A DNA stretch of 54,553 nt from Pseudomonadota bacterium. Lineage in GTDB: Bacteria; Pseudomonadota; Gammaproteobacteria; Pseudomonadales; Halieaceae. The stretch covers positions 1 to 54,553 of the forward strand of contig JADFVW010000239.1 in the NCBI GenBank assembly GCA_015222725.1, written 5' to 3'. A program made the translations under genes and the position numbers. This document shows, one piece after another, positions 8,535-16,780 of this stretch (its first letter is position 1; each line of letters opens with the position of its first letter). Below the pieces are notes generated by a model that had not been told where the DNA came from, did no database searches, and was given only the letters and a program-made list of their open reading frames with translations.

Positions 8535-8735
8535 ATGGCATATTACTGCACAGATTGCAGCTACCGCGGAGTAAAGAGTGGTCAACTGGGTGAATGCCCC
8601 GCATGCGGCTCCTTTAAAATAGCAAAAACGGCGGCAGGCAAAAAGAAAAAGCCAAACAGTAAGGTCCGCTTGGCTATTTTGGCGGTTCTCTGGATCTATT
8701 TAATTGCACTCATTGTCTGGAAGTTATACTTCTGA
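8535..8735 (+). CDS. Zinc-ribbon, single-pass membrane microprotein (66 aa)
   Basis: CTDC-x14-CPAC is followed by the basic linker GKKKKPNSK and the hydrophobic helix LAILAVLWIYLIALIVWKLYF. The ATG is 8 bp after the VWA stop. Composition is visibly more AT-rich than the flanks. Confidence 0.55.
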   Translation: MAYYCTDCSYRGVKSGQLGECPACGSFKIAKTAAGKKKKPNSKVRLAILAVLWIYLIALIVWKLYF

Positions 8736-8782
8736 AACTTGCACCGGAACATTTCCCCCTTTCCTGTTCACTGCGTAGCCTG

Positions 8783-10561
8783 GTGCTGGACCTGTACACA
8801 TCCGACAAACACGTCGACGCAGGGCAGCCCCTGCAGCTCAGTGAGCTTCTCAACTACCTGAAGTCCGCCGACACCTCCGGCATGGGGCCGCTGGAGGCTC
8901 TTCTCGTGCAGACCGAGGCGATGGGAGATCCCGCGCTGCCCTCCCAGGAGCAAATCGCGATTCTCGATTGGCTTAATGCCGCCTATTCGTATTGGGAACA
9001 ACAATTCCCTATCGAGCAGCCACTGGCCTCGGAGTTGCGCAGTCTGCTGCCGCTTCTGGGTGCCCTGGCGATCACCGACAAAAGCTTCCTCACCCCCGGA
9101 GCGCACAGCCTGCACCAGCTGCTGGATGCAGTTCAGGCCAGCGCCGTGGGCTGGCAGGCTCGTCTGGGCAGGGCAGGGCAAAACCTGGAACGGGAAGTAG
9201 GCAAGGCGGTGGCGAGAGCCCGGGACTGGTTTGCAGAGGGTTCGGTGGACCTGGCGGCAATCAATGAAGACCTTATCACCTCCCTGGGAAAAGACCGCGG
9301 GCGAGCGCAGCGCATGGCGCAAAGGGCGGTAGAGGTAGAACAGGGTCAAATGAAAACGGCACTGGTTAAAATTCAGGCCGCAACAATGATCAACGCCCTA
9401 CTCCTCACCCACCCTGCTCCACCCAGTATTGGCGAATTTTTAAAAGGCCCCTGGCATGACAGTGCCCAACTGGTGCTGCTGAGGTTTGGCGAGAACTCAA
9501 AGGAATGGGCTGGCATGTCGGCGACTACCGAGGCCCTGCTGGATTCGCTGCAGACCGAAGAGGCAGCACCCACAGACGAGGAAGGGGCACAGGGCGGTTC
9601 GCGCCGGCAACAGTTATTTGAAGCCATTACCAAGCTTCCCCGCGAACTGAAGCGCTGGCTGCTCAGCTTGGCGCACGACAATCATGGCGTTGAAGAGGCA
9701 ATTGGCATCGTTGAAATCGCACATATGTCGGTGCTGCGGCAACAGGATCTCGATGCACAGACCATCGAGCCAATTCCAGTGGAGCGCGCGCCCGCCGCCG
9801 CAGATGATCCAGAGGTGCAGAAGATCATAGGAGCACTTGAAACCGACCAATGGTTTGCGTATCTCGAGGAAAAAAGCGATCCACTGCGCATGCAGCTCAA
9901 GTTAAAAAATGGAGCTGGACGGCAGCTTTTCTTCACTAACCAGGCCGGTATTAAGGCGATGCGTATAAGCTATGCAGACTTCGCCCGCAGCCTGCACGAG
10001 AAGCGGGCCACTCCCCTGTACAGCAAAGCCAGCTTCAGCCGCTCTCTGGCCCACGCCGCAAAGCTCTCCACCCAGGCCGACCTCAAGGCACTGGGCACAC
10101 AGGGCACGCTTCAAGCGACGCAGGAACACAAAGCATCGATTAAACGAGACAAGGAAAAGGATGAAGTCGCGAGGCAGCAATCGCGGCGAGAGCAAGAGGA
10201 GGAAGAACAGTTACGCAAAGAATTCGACCACTCTGTCCAGATGCAACACGAGCGTGAAAACGCGAAATCTACGGCAACCCCAAAAAGCGCCCCTGGGCCA
10301 CAGAAAAATCTCAGCTTGAAACTGAGTATGGGCAGCTGGCTTGGCTTTCACGACGGAGACAAGCCACTGCTGGCAAAACTTGCAGCTCATGACCGAGAGC
10401 ACGACAAATATATATTTGTGAACCGTAACGGTATCAAAATGCGAGACCTGAGCAGAGAGGAATTGCATGCCCTGATGGAAAAAGGGCAGGTCGAAATCCT
10501 TGAATCACGATCGAGCTTTAAAGAAGAAGACAAACACGCGCGCAGCGAATACAGGGACTAA
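8783..10561 (+). CDS. DUF1631-like protein (short form), with a charged coiled-coil segment
   Basis: The C-terminal block GSWLGFHDGDKPLLAKLAAHDREHDKYIFVNRNGIKMRDLSREELHALMEKGQVEILE and the central HSLHQLLD ... GEFLKGPWHDSAQLVLLRFG blocks match my memory of the DUF1631 family. At 592 aa it is shorter than the 700-800 aa usual for that family. The GTG start is uncertain. Confidence 0.55.
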   Translation: MLDLYTSDKHVDAGQPLQLSELLNYLKSADTSGMGPLEALLVQTEAMGDPALPSQEQIAILDWLNAAYSYWEQQFPIEQPLASELRSLLPLLGALAITDKSFLTPGAHSLHQLLDAVQASAVGWQARLGRAGQNLEREVGKAVARARDWFAEGSVDLAAINEDLITSLGKDRGRAQRMAQRAVEVEQGQMKTALVKIQAATMINALLLTHPAPPSIGEFLKGPWHDSAQLVLLRFGENSKEWAGMSATTEALLDSLQTEEAAPTDEEGAQGGSRRQQLFEAITKLPRELKRWLLSLAHDNHGVEEAIGIVEIAHMSVLRQQDLDAQTIEPIPVERAPAAADDPEVQKIIGALETDQWFAYLEEKSDPLRMQLKLKNGAGRQLFFTNQAGIKAMRISYADFARSLHEKRATPLYSKASFSRSLAHAAKLSTQADLKALGTQGTLQATQEHKASIKRDKEKDEVARQQSRREQEEEEQLRKEFDHSVQMQHERENAKSTATPKSAPGPQKNLSLKLSMGSWLGFHDGDKPLLAKLAAHDREHDKYIFVNRNGIKMRDLSREELHALMEKGQVEILESRSSFKEEDKHARSEYRD

Positions 10562-10576
10562 GTAGAGAACTTTTTC

Positions 10577-10945
10577 ATGCCAGAAAACAGTAGAAGACAC
10601 CAACGACTCGGCCTGGCAGGCACTATTTTTATAGAGCTCGTATCCTCTGGCGTAGAGGAAGACCAGGCCAGCGAAGTGGTCCTGTGCAAAACCATAGACA
10701 TATCCCACAGCGGCTTGCTGGTGTGGGTAAACCAACAACTCACCGTTGGCGCTATCCTGCAAATTGGCGTTGAATTACCCTGGGAAGAATCCACCGTGTA
10801 TCTGACCGGCGAAGTGAAATGGTGCAGACGCGACCGCTACATTGAAGGGCGGTGGCGTGTAGGCTTCGCGCTGCTGGATGCCTCGGATTCTGATATCGAC
10901 CGCTGGCGTACGCTGATGACAGAAATGGGAATACAGGGCAACTAG
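10577..10945 (+). CDS. PilZ-domain c-di-GMP binding protein
   Basis: Both canonical motifs are present: RRHQR (RxxxR) near the N-terminus and DISHSG (D/NxSxxG). The 122-aa size is typical of stand-alone PilZ proteins. Confidence 0.8.
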   Translation: MPENSRRHQRLGLAGTIFIELVSSGVEEDQASEVVLCKTIDISHSGLLVWVNQQLTVGAILQIGVELPWEESTVYLTGEVKWCRRDRYIEGRWRVGFALLDASDSDIDRWRTLMTEMGIQGN

Positions 10946-12087
10946 AAAAACTTGTTTTCTTCTTCCTCTTCCTCGTCCAGGCTCTCAAGGCTGAGCCCCA
11001 TAGAGCCGTCGTCCTCCAGCATGCCACCCTCCCCGGCAAACTTGATTTTAAGTCTGACATTATTGGGAGAGTCGGCATTTTTCAAAGCCTCTTCCTCTGT
11101 GATAAGGCCTTCCTGGAAAAGGTCAAAGAGGGAACTGTCAAAGGTTTTCATACCGATATTCTGTGATTTCTCCATGATCCCCTTGAGATCCTCAAACTCG
11201 CCCTTGAGTATCAATTCCGCAATCATCGGTGTACCCAGCATGATTTCAATCGCCGCACAGCGTTTGCCATCCGTGGTGGGAACCAGTCGCTGGGACACGA
11301 AGGCCTGAATATTGGTCGACAGGTCCATCAATAGCTGGGCGCGCCGGTCATCCGGGAAGAAGTTAATAATTCGATCCAGGGCCTGGTTGGCGTTGTTGGC
11401 GTGCAAGGTGGAAATACACAGATGTCCGGTCTCGGCGAACGCCAACGCGTGCTCCATGGTCTCGCGGTCGCGTATCTCGCCCACCAGAATAACGTCGGGG
11501 GCCTGGCGCAGGGCATTTTTCAAGGCGTTGTGCCAACTGCGCGTATCGACTCCCACTTCCCGCTGGTTTACCAGGCTCTTTTTGTGTTTGTGAACGTACT
11601 CAACCGGGTCCTCGATGGTGATGATGTGACCGCTGCTGTTGGTATTGCGGTAGTCGATCAACGCTGCCAGCGAGGTGGATTTACCCGAACCCGTGGCACC
11701 GACAAACAACATAAGCCCGCGTTTTTTCATCACTACTTCGGTGAGAATCGGAGGCAGGCGCAAGTCTTCCCAATTGGGTATTTCTGCGACGATGTTGCGC
11801 GCCACCAGGCTCACTTCGTTACGCTGCATGAAAATATTGATGCGAAAACGGCCGTAACCGGAAATGGAGGTGGCCAGGTTCATCTCCAGCTCGTGCTCAA
11901 AATCCCCCTGCTGGGTACTGTCCATCACTTCATAGGCGATTTCCTTCACCTCACCCGGCTTCAGAATTTCACTCGCAATGGGCTTGAGCTGCCCTTCAAA
12001 TTTGGCACACGGTGGAGCCCCCGTGGTCAGATATAAATCGGAGCCACCTTTAGTCGCCAGCGTCTTAAGCCATTCGGTAATTCGCAC
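10942..12087 (-). CDS. pilU: PilT/PilU-family type IV pilus retraction ATPase (PilU-like, orphan)
   Basis: The N-terminus KGGSDLYLTTGAPPCAKFEGQLKPI, Walker A GATGSGKST, the Asp/His boxes (VGEIRD, TLHAN) and the 381-aa length fit PilU rather than PilT. There is an unusual acidic tail, LDEEEEEENKFF. Confidence 0.8.
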   Translation of the reverse strand: MRITEWLKTLATKGGSDLYLTTGAPPCAKFEGQLKPIASEILKPGEVKEIAYEVMDSTQQGDFEHELEMNLATSISGYGRFRINIFMQRNEVSLVARNIVAEIPNWEDLRLPPILTEVVMKKRGLMLFVGATGSGKSTSLAALIDYRNTNSSGHIITIEDPVEYVHKHKKSLVNQREVGVDTRSWHNALKNALRQAPDVILVGEIRDRETMEHALAFAETGHLCISTLHANNANQALDRIINFFPDDRRAQLLMDLSTNIQAFVSQRLVPTTDGKRCAAIEIMLGTPMIAELILKGEFEDLKGIMEKSQNIGMKTFDSSLFDLFQEGLITEEEALKNADSPNNVRLKIKFAGEGGMLEDDGSMGLSLESLDEEEEEENKFF

Positions 12088-12228
12088 TATTTGCTACCCT
12101 GTTTGTATGAACGCATTATTGGAATCGGTGTGTGGATAAACCATTTTATTTAGCCTCAGCATATCCCACTGATCGAGCTTTATCGACTGGAATCTGAACT
12201 TATAGCGAACTCCTCGCCAACAGGTTAC

Positions 12229-12246
12229 ACTATACGAACGTATAGT
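12229..12246. promoter_or_regulatory. 18-bp palindrome ACTATACG-AA-CGTATAGT, candidate operator
   Basis: The perfect 8-bp arms can be read directly. It ends 37 bp upstream of the phosphotransferase start codon, in the divergent pilU / phosphotransferase intergenic region. Confidence 0.35.
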
Positions 12247-12282
12247 CATTAGTAAGCTCCGGCCGAGGATAAAATCATAGAA

Positions 12283-13344
12283 ATGGACCGCCCCACTCCC
12301 TTGATCGAAGACGAGGATGCCACTCGCGCCAAGCTTGAGTCGTGGTTTTCGGCCCGCCGCGGCACCGCGGTTCGCATCCCCGAACTGACCATCCCGACGG
12401 CCTCGGGTATGTCCAACGTAACACTGCTGTTCGATATCGAGTGGCGGGAAGGCGAAACCTTACACCGCGAGCCCTGTGTGGGCCGCCTGCAACCGAAAAT
12501 ATCCCGGCCGGTATTTCCCAGCTACGACCTCACGCTGCAGTACCAGGTGATGGACAGTGTCGGCCGAAACAGTGACGTCCCGGTGCCGGAGTTACACGGC
12601 CTGGAGACAGATACTTCAATTCTGGGTGTACAGTTCTACATTATGAAGCGGGTCGATGGCCGCATCCCAACGGACATGCCTCCCTACAATATGGACGGCT
12701 GGATGGTGCATGAGACAAGCGAAGCACAGCGGCGCACTTTGTGGGAATCCGCCGTGGATAGCATGGGCCGTTTCCACCAGCTGGATTACCGGGAACTGGG
12801 CTTTGAGCATCTGGTACAGGCCGGGAAAACGCCGCTGCAACAGCAGCTGGATTACTGGCAGGAGTACCTGGGCTGGGCAATGGAGGGCCAGGGGCACGCG
12901 ATATGCCAGCGCGCACTGGACTGGCTTGCGGCCAATCAACCAAAAGATGAGCCCACCGTACTGTGCTGGGGAGACTCGCGCCTGGGCAATATAATTTTTG
13001 ATGCCAATGAGGATAAGGTCGCCACTGTCCTCGACTGGGAGATGGCTGTTCTGGGCAACCCGGTACAGGATATTGCCTGGTTCAACTACATGGATTCGAC
13101 TTTTGCCGAGGGTCTGGGTATACCGCGACTAAGCGGCTTGCCCAGCTATGACGAAAGCCTGGAACAGTGGCAGGCGGTGTCGGGCTACTCCGCCCGGGAC
13201 TACGACTACTACCTGATCTTTGCCGGTATGCGCTACGGGCTGATTTTGTCGCGCATCATGCTGGCGAGCGGTCAGGATGACCAGGTACAGGAAAATTTTT
13301 CCTGCGTTCTATTGCAGAAGCGGCTGGACGAAATAGCGCTCTAA
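12283..13344 (+). CDS. Phosphotransferase-family (APH/choline-kinase-like) protein
   Basis: The catalytic-loop/Mg-binding region is LCWGDSRLGNIIFD ... VLDWEMA, which is HxDxxxxN-like with Gly-Asp. The size and layout match APH-fold kinases that are often linked to acyl-CoA dehydrogenases. Confidence 0.75.
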   Translation: MDRPTPLIEDEDATRAKLESWFSARRGTAVRIPELTIPTASGMSNVTLLFDIEWREGETLHREPCVGRLQPKISRPVFPSYDLTLQYQVMDSVGRNSDVPVPELHGLETDTSILGVQFYIMKRVDGRIPTDMPPYNMDGWMVHETSEAQRRTLWESAVDSMGRFHQLDYRELGFEHLVQAGKTPLQQQLDYWQEYLGWAMEGQGHAICQRALDWLAANQPKDEPTVLCWGDSRLGNIIFDANEDKVATVLDWEMAVLGNPVQDIAWFNYMDSTFAEGLGIPRLSGLPSYDESLEQWQAVSGYSARDYDYYLIFAGMRYGLILSRIMLASGQDDQVQENFSCVLLQKRLDEIAL

Positions 13345-13352
13345 GGGCCGTC

Positions 13353-14309
13353 CTAATAAATACGCGCCTCGCCTTCGGGGCGCGTCTTAAACAGCTTCAT
13401 CATCCAGAAATACTGGGTGGGACACAGCCGCACGATCTCTTCCAGGGCATTGTTCATTGCCACCGTATCGCGATAGTCATCACCGGTGGGGAAGTCTTTC
13501 AGTGCTGGCAATATGTGAATGATATAGCGGCGGGTTTTTACATCGTACTGCGCCATACAGGGGAGCACATCGGCTTTACACACTTTTGCCATCTTGCCCA
13601 AAACCGGCACTGTTGCTTTTTCAATGCCGAAATAGGGAGCAAAAATTGAGCGGTCCTTACCCAGGTCTTCATCGGGCAGATAAAACATGACATTGCCCGC
13701 CCGTACATCCTTGATGATGGGCCGCAGACCCGCCTCGCGTGAATATAAAAAGCCACCGTGGCGGGAGCGCCCTCTGGCAATAAACCAGTCCACCAGTTTG
13801 TTTTTCATCGGCTTGAAAGGACCGGAGGCGAGGTACCTCATTGCCACAGCTGACACCGCTGCCTCCAGACCCAGGCTGTGTGCCGCCAGAAAAATAACAG
13901 AGCGATTATTGTTCCGGGAATTTTCGATATTCTCCTGCCCGTTGATGACGATGGTTCTCTCCAGCTTGGCCCTGGACCCCCACCATATCAAGCCGAACGC
14001 GAGTAGACTGCGCACATGGTGGCGGTAGTACTCAATCAGGAATTCATTTTTCTCCCGCTCTGACAACTCCGGAAAACACAGGTCAATATTAGTACTGGCA
14101 ATGCGACGGCGCTTGGCATTCACCTTGCGAAAAAAATCGCCCAGCACGCGAGACAGGCCATCCTGTAATATTCGGGGCAGTAGCGATATCAAAAAAAGTA
14201 GCAGAACTGCGAACCACACTCCCCAATATTCAGGCCGCAAATAACTGGTAGAAAAACGGGTGTCATAAACCAGGGAGCTAGCGCCTGCGGTAGATTTTGA
14301 TTCAGCCAT
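13353..14309 (-). CDS. lpxL: Lipid A biosynthesis lauroyl/myristoyl (Kdo2-lipid IVA) acyltransferase, LpxL/LpxM family
   Basis: FSTSYLRPEYWGVWF..., the HS-box AAHSLGLE and the C-terminal PTQYFWMMKLFKTRPEG parallel E. coli LpxL. I place the start at ATG 14309 (MAESKS...) rather than the longer ORF that overlaps the gshA ribosome-binding region. Confidence 0.8.
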   Translation of the reverse strand: MAESKSTAGASSLVYDTRFSTSYLRPEYWGVWFAVLLLFLISLLPRILQDGLSRVLGDFFRKVNAKRRRIASTNIDLCFPELSEREKNEFLIEYYRHHVRSLLAFGLIWWGSRAKLERTIVINGQENIENSRNNNRSVIFLAAHSLGLEAAVSAVAMRYLASGPFKPMKNKLVDWFIARGRSRHGGFLYSREAGLRPIIKDVRAGNVMFYLPDEDLGKDRSIFAPYFGIEKATVPVLGKMAKVCKADVLPCMAQYDVKTRRYIIHILPALKDFPTGDDYRDTVAMNNALEEIVRLCPTQYFWMMKLFKTRPEGEARIY

Positions 14310-14477
14310 AATGTCGCCCCGGGGCGCTCCCACTCTCTCTATTAAATGTATACCGATATGCGCCGTATAATAACCAGTTGGCAAGGAAAAAACCGCTGTT
14401 GTCTGGATAATCTGCCCGCTGTACTCCATGGCTTTTGATATATACACTTGGCCCCCGGCAAAAAAAGGAGCCATACG

Positions 14478-16064
14478 TTGTCTTCGAAGTTAAATGATCA
14501 GTTACAGGCTCTGGATAATCCCGAGGGCCACAAAATACTCACGGCCATTGCGCGCGGCATTGAGAAAGAGAGCCTGCGTATTACAACCGAGGGCAAGCTT
14601 GCCCAAACTCCCCACCCGGCCGGTCTGGGCTCGGCGCTGACCCACTCCTCCATCACTACCGATTATTCGGAAGCCCTGATGGAATTTATCACCCCGGTAG
14701 ATACCAGTATCGAGGGCAGCCTGAAAACCCTGGAAGATATACACAGCTATGTCTACCGCAAGCTGGGTGATGAAATCCTGTGGTCGGCGAGTATGCCCTG
14801 CCTCATGACCGGTGACGACGGTATTCCGGTTGCACAATACGGCAGCTCTAACGTGGCACGCATGAAGACCGTGTACCGCTACGGTCTGGGGCACCGATAT
14901 GGCCGCCTGATGCAGACCATTGCCGGCATCCACTACAATTTTTCCATGCCGCAGGTATTTTGGCAGCACGCATGGGAAGCAGAGGGTCAGCCAGGCTGTC
15001 TCACCGATTACATCAGCACCCGTTATCTGGGGCTTATTAGAAACTTCCAGCGCTACTCCTGGCTGCTGGTCTATCTGTACGGGGCATCTCCCGCTGTTTG
15101 TGCCAGCTTTCTCAAGGACAACAACAAGCACGAGTTAACGCCCTTCGACGATCAAACTCGCAGTCTGCACATGCCCTATGGCACGGCGCTGCGGATGGGC
15201 GACCTGGGTTACAACAGCGACGCCCAGAAAGGCATGAGTATTTGCTACAACTCACTGGCGAACTATGTCCAGACCTTAAAAAAGGCCATTCAGCAACCAC
15301 ACCCCGGCTACGCGGGTATACCCAGCGGCCAGGATGGCAATTACCAGCAGCTCAATGACAGCCTGCTGCAAATTGAAAATGAATTTTACAGCCCCATACG
15401 CCCAAAGCGGGTCGCCTACTCGGGGGAAACGCCCCTGGGGGCACTGTGTCGCGCCGGTATCGAATATATAGAAGTGCGCTGTGTGGACGTCAGCCCGTTC
15501 ACACCGGTGGGACTGGACGCACAACAGATCCGGTTTATGGATACTTTTCTGTTGTACTGCCTGTTACAGGACAGCCCCCCCTGCACCGATCACGAACAGG
15601 TCATCATGGACTACAACCTCAAGACCGTTGTCAATCGCGGCCGAGAGCCCGGTCTCAAGCTGAAAGACTGCTCTGGAGAACGCCCCATGGTCGAGTTGGC
15701 GGGTGAATTACTGGCGTCAATGGAGTCGATTTCAGACCTGCTGGACAGCGCCTTTAAGGGTACTGATTACAGCGCCGCGCTACAGGACCAGAAAGCCAAG
15801 GTGGCCGACCCGGAGTTAACGCCATCCGCCCGGATGCTAAGGGAAATGCGCGAGACTGAACTTCCATTTTTCCGTCTGGAAATGGAATACAGCAAGCGCT
15901 GGGCAGAGCATTTTCGCGCCTCCACGCTCGCAGACGAAGTGGTGAAGACGCTGGACAGGGAAACTCACAGTTCGCTGCAGGCCCAGGCCGACATTGAACA
16001 ATCCGACAGTATCGATTTTGACCAATATCTGAAGAATTTTTACGCGCAGTACGATTCCCTCTAG
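14478..16064 (+). CDS. gshA: Glutamate--cysteine ligase (proteobacterial type)
   Basis: IARGIEKESLRITTEGKLAQTPHP...SSITTDYSEALMEFITPV and the rest are colinear with E. coli GshA. The TTG at 14478 is 7 nt after AGGAG (14466-14470). The ORF-track start at 14448 is an alternative. Confidence 0.9.
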   Translation: MSSKLNDQLQALDNPEGHKILTAIARGIEKESLRITTEGKLAQTPHPAGLGSALTHSSITTDYSEALMEFITPVDTSIEGSLKTLEDIHSYVYRKLGDEILWSASMPCLMTGDDGIPVAQYGSSNVARMKTVYRYGLGHRYGRLMQTIAGIHYNFSMPQVFWQHAWEAEGQPGCLTDYISTRYLGLIRNFQRYSWLLVYLYGASPAVCASFLKDNNKHELTPFDDQTRSLHMPYGTALRMGDLGYNSDAQKGMSICYNSLANYVQTLKKAIQQPHPGYAGIPSGQDGNYQQLNDSLLQIENEFYSPIRPKRVAYSGETPLGALCRAGIEYIEVRCVDVSPFTPVGLDAQQIRFMDTFLLYCLLQDSPPCTDHEQVIMDYNLKTVVNRGREPGLKLKDCSGERPMVELAGELLASMESISDLLDSAFKGTDYSAALQDQKAKVADPELTPSARMLREMRETELPFFRLEMEYSKRWAEHFRASTLADEVVKTLDRETHSSLQAQADIEQSDSIDFDQYLKNFYAQYDSL

Positions 16065-16072
16065 AAACCAGC

Positions 16073-16657
16073 ATGAATTTCCTGGCCCACTTTCATCTCG
16101 CCTGGCCCGACGCCGGGCTGATCGCGGGAGGCCTGGAGGGCGATTATTACAAGGGGCTATTACGTGGAGACCTGCACCCCGACATTGAGCGCGGCATAAA
16201 ACTGCATCGAACTGTAGACGCCTACACAGATTCCCACCCCGCCATTGCGCAGCTGCGCCGTACATTCCCCCAGGACCTGCGACGCTATGCCGGTATATTG
16301 ATAGACATCACTTTCGACCACTACCTCACCCGACACTGGTCCCTCTACAGCGAGGTTCCGCTGGGACAATTTACCCGTTCCATCTACGAGGTTTTGGATG
16401 AGCAACAAGCGCTGCTCAGTAAAGATTGCCTGAAAATGGCGAAGCGGCTGGTAGATTATGATGTTCTGAGTCGCTACCACGACTGGGATGCAGTGAGCGC
16501 CACGGCCGGTCGGGTGGGAGAGCGTTTCCGTCGTGGCAATCCGCTGCTGGAAATACACGACAAGCTGCAACCCATCAGAGAGTCGATGGAGTCAACATTT
16601 CTCGATTTTTATCCACAACTGATAGCGTACACTTGCGCGCAGGAAGCTCGCGATTAA
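16073..16657 (+). CDS. acpH: Acyl carrier protein phosphodiesterase
   Basis: MNFLAHFHLA..., ...HRTVDAYTDSHP... and ...TFDHYLTRHW are colinear with E. coli AcpH. Confidence 0.85.
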   Translation: MNFLAHFHLAWPDAGLIAGGLEGDYYKGLLRGDLHPDIERGIKLHRTVDAYTDSHPAIAQLRRTFPQDLRRYAGILIDITFDHYLTRHWSLYSEVPLGQFTRSIYEVLDEQQALLSKDCLKMAKRLVDYDVLSRYHDWDAVSATAGRVGERFRRGNPLLEIHDKLQPIRESMESTFLDFYPQLIAYTCAQEARD

Positions 16658-16780
16658 TTGGTACTTATTGGCTTTTTTTAGTTCTGGAAAATGAGACATG
16701 GATCACATCACCCAACCGTTATAGCATTGCGCTACAGTGAAAAACCCCATAGTTTACCCTAAGCAGGAAACTTTCTTTAG

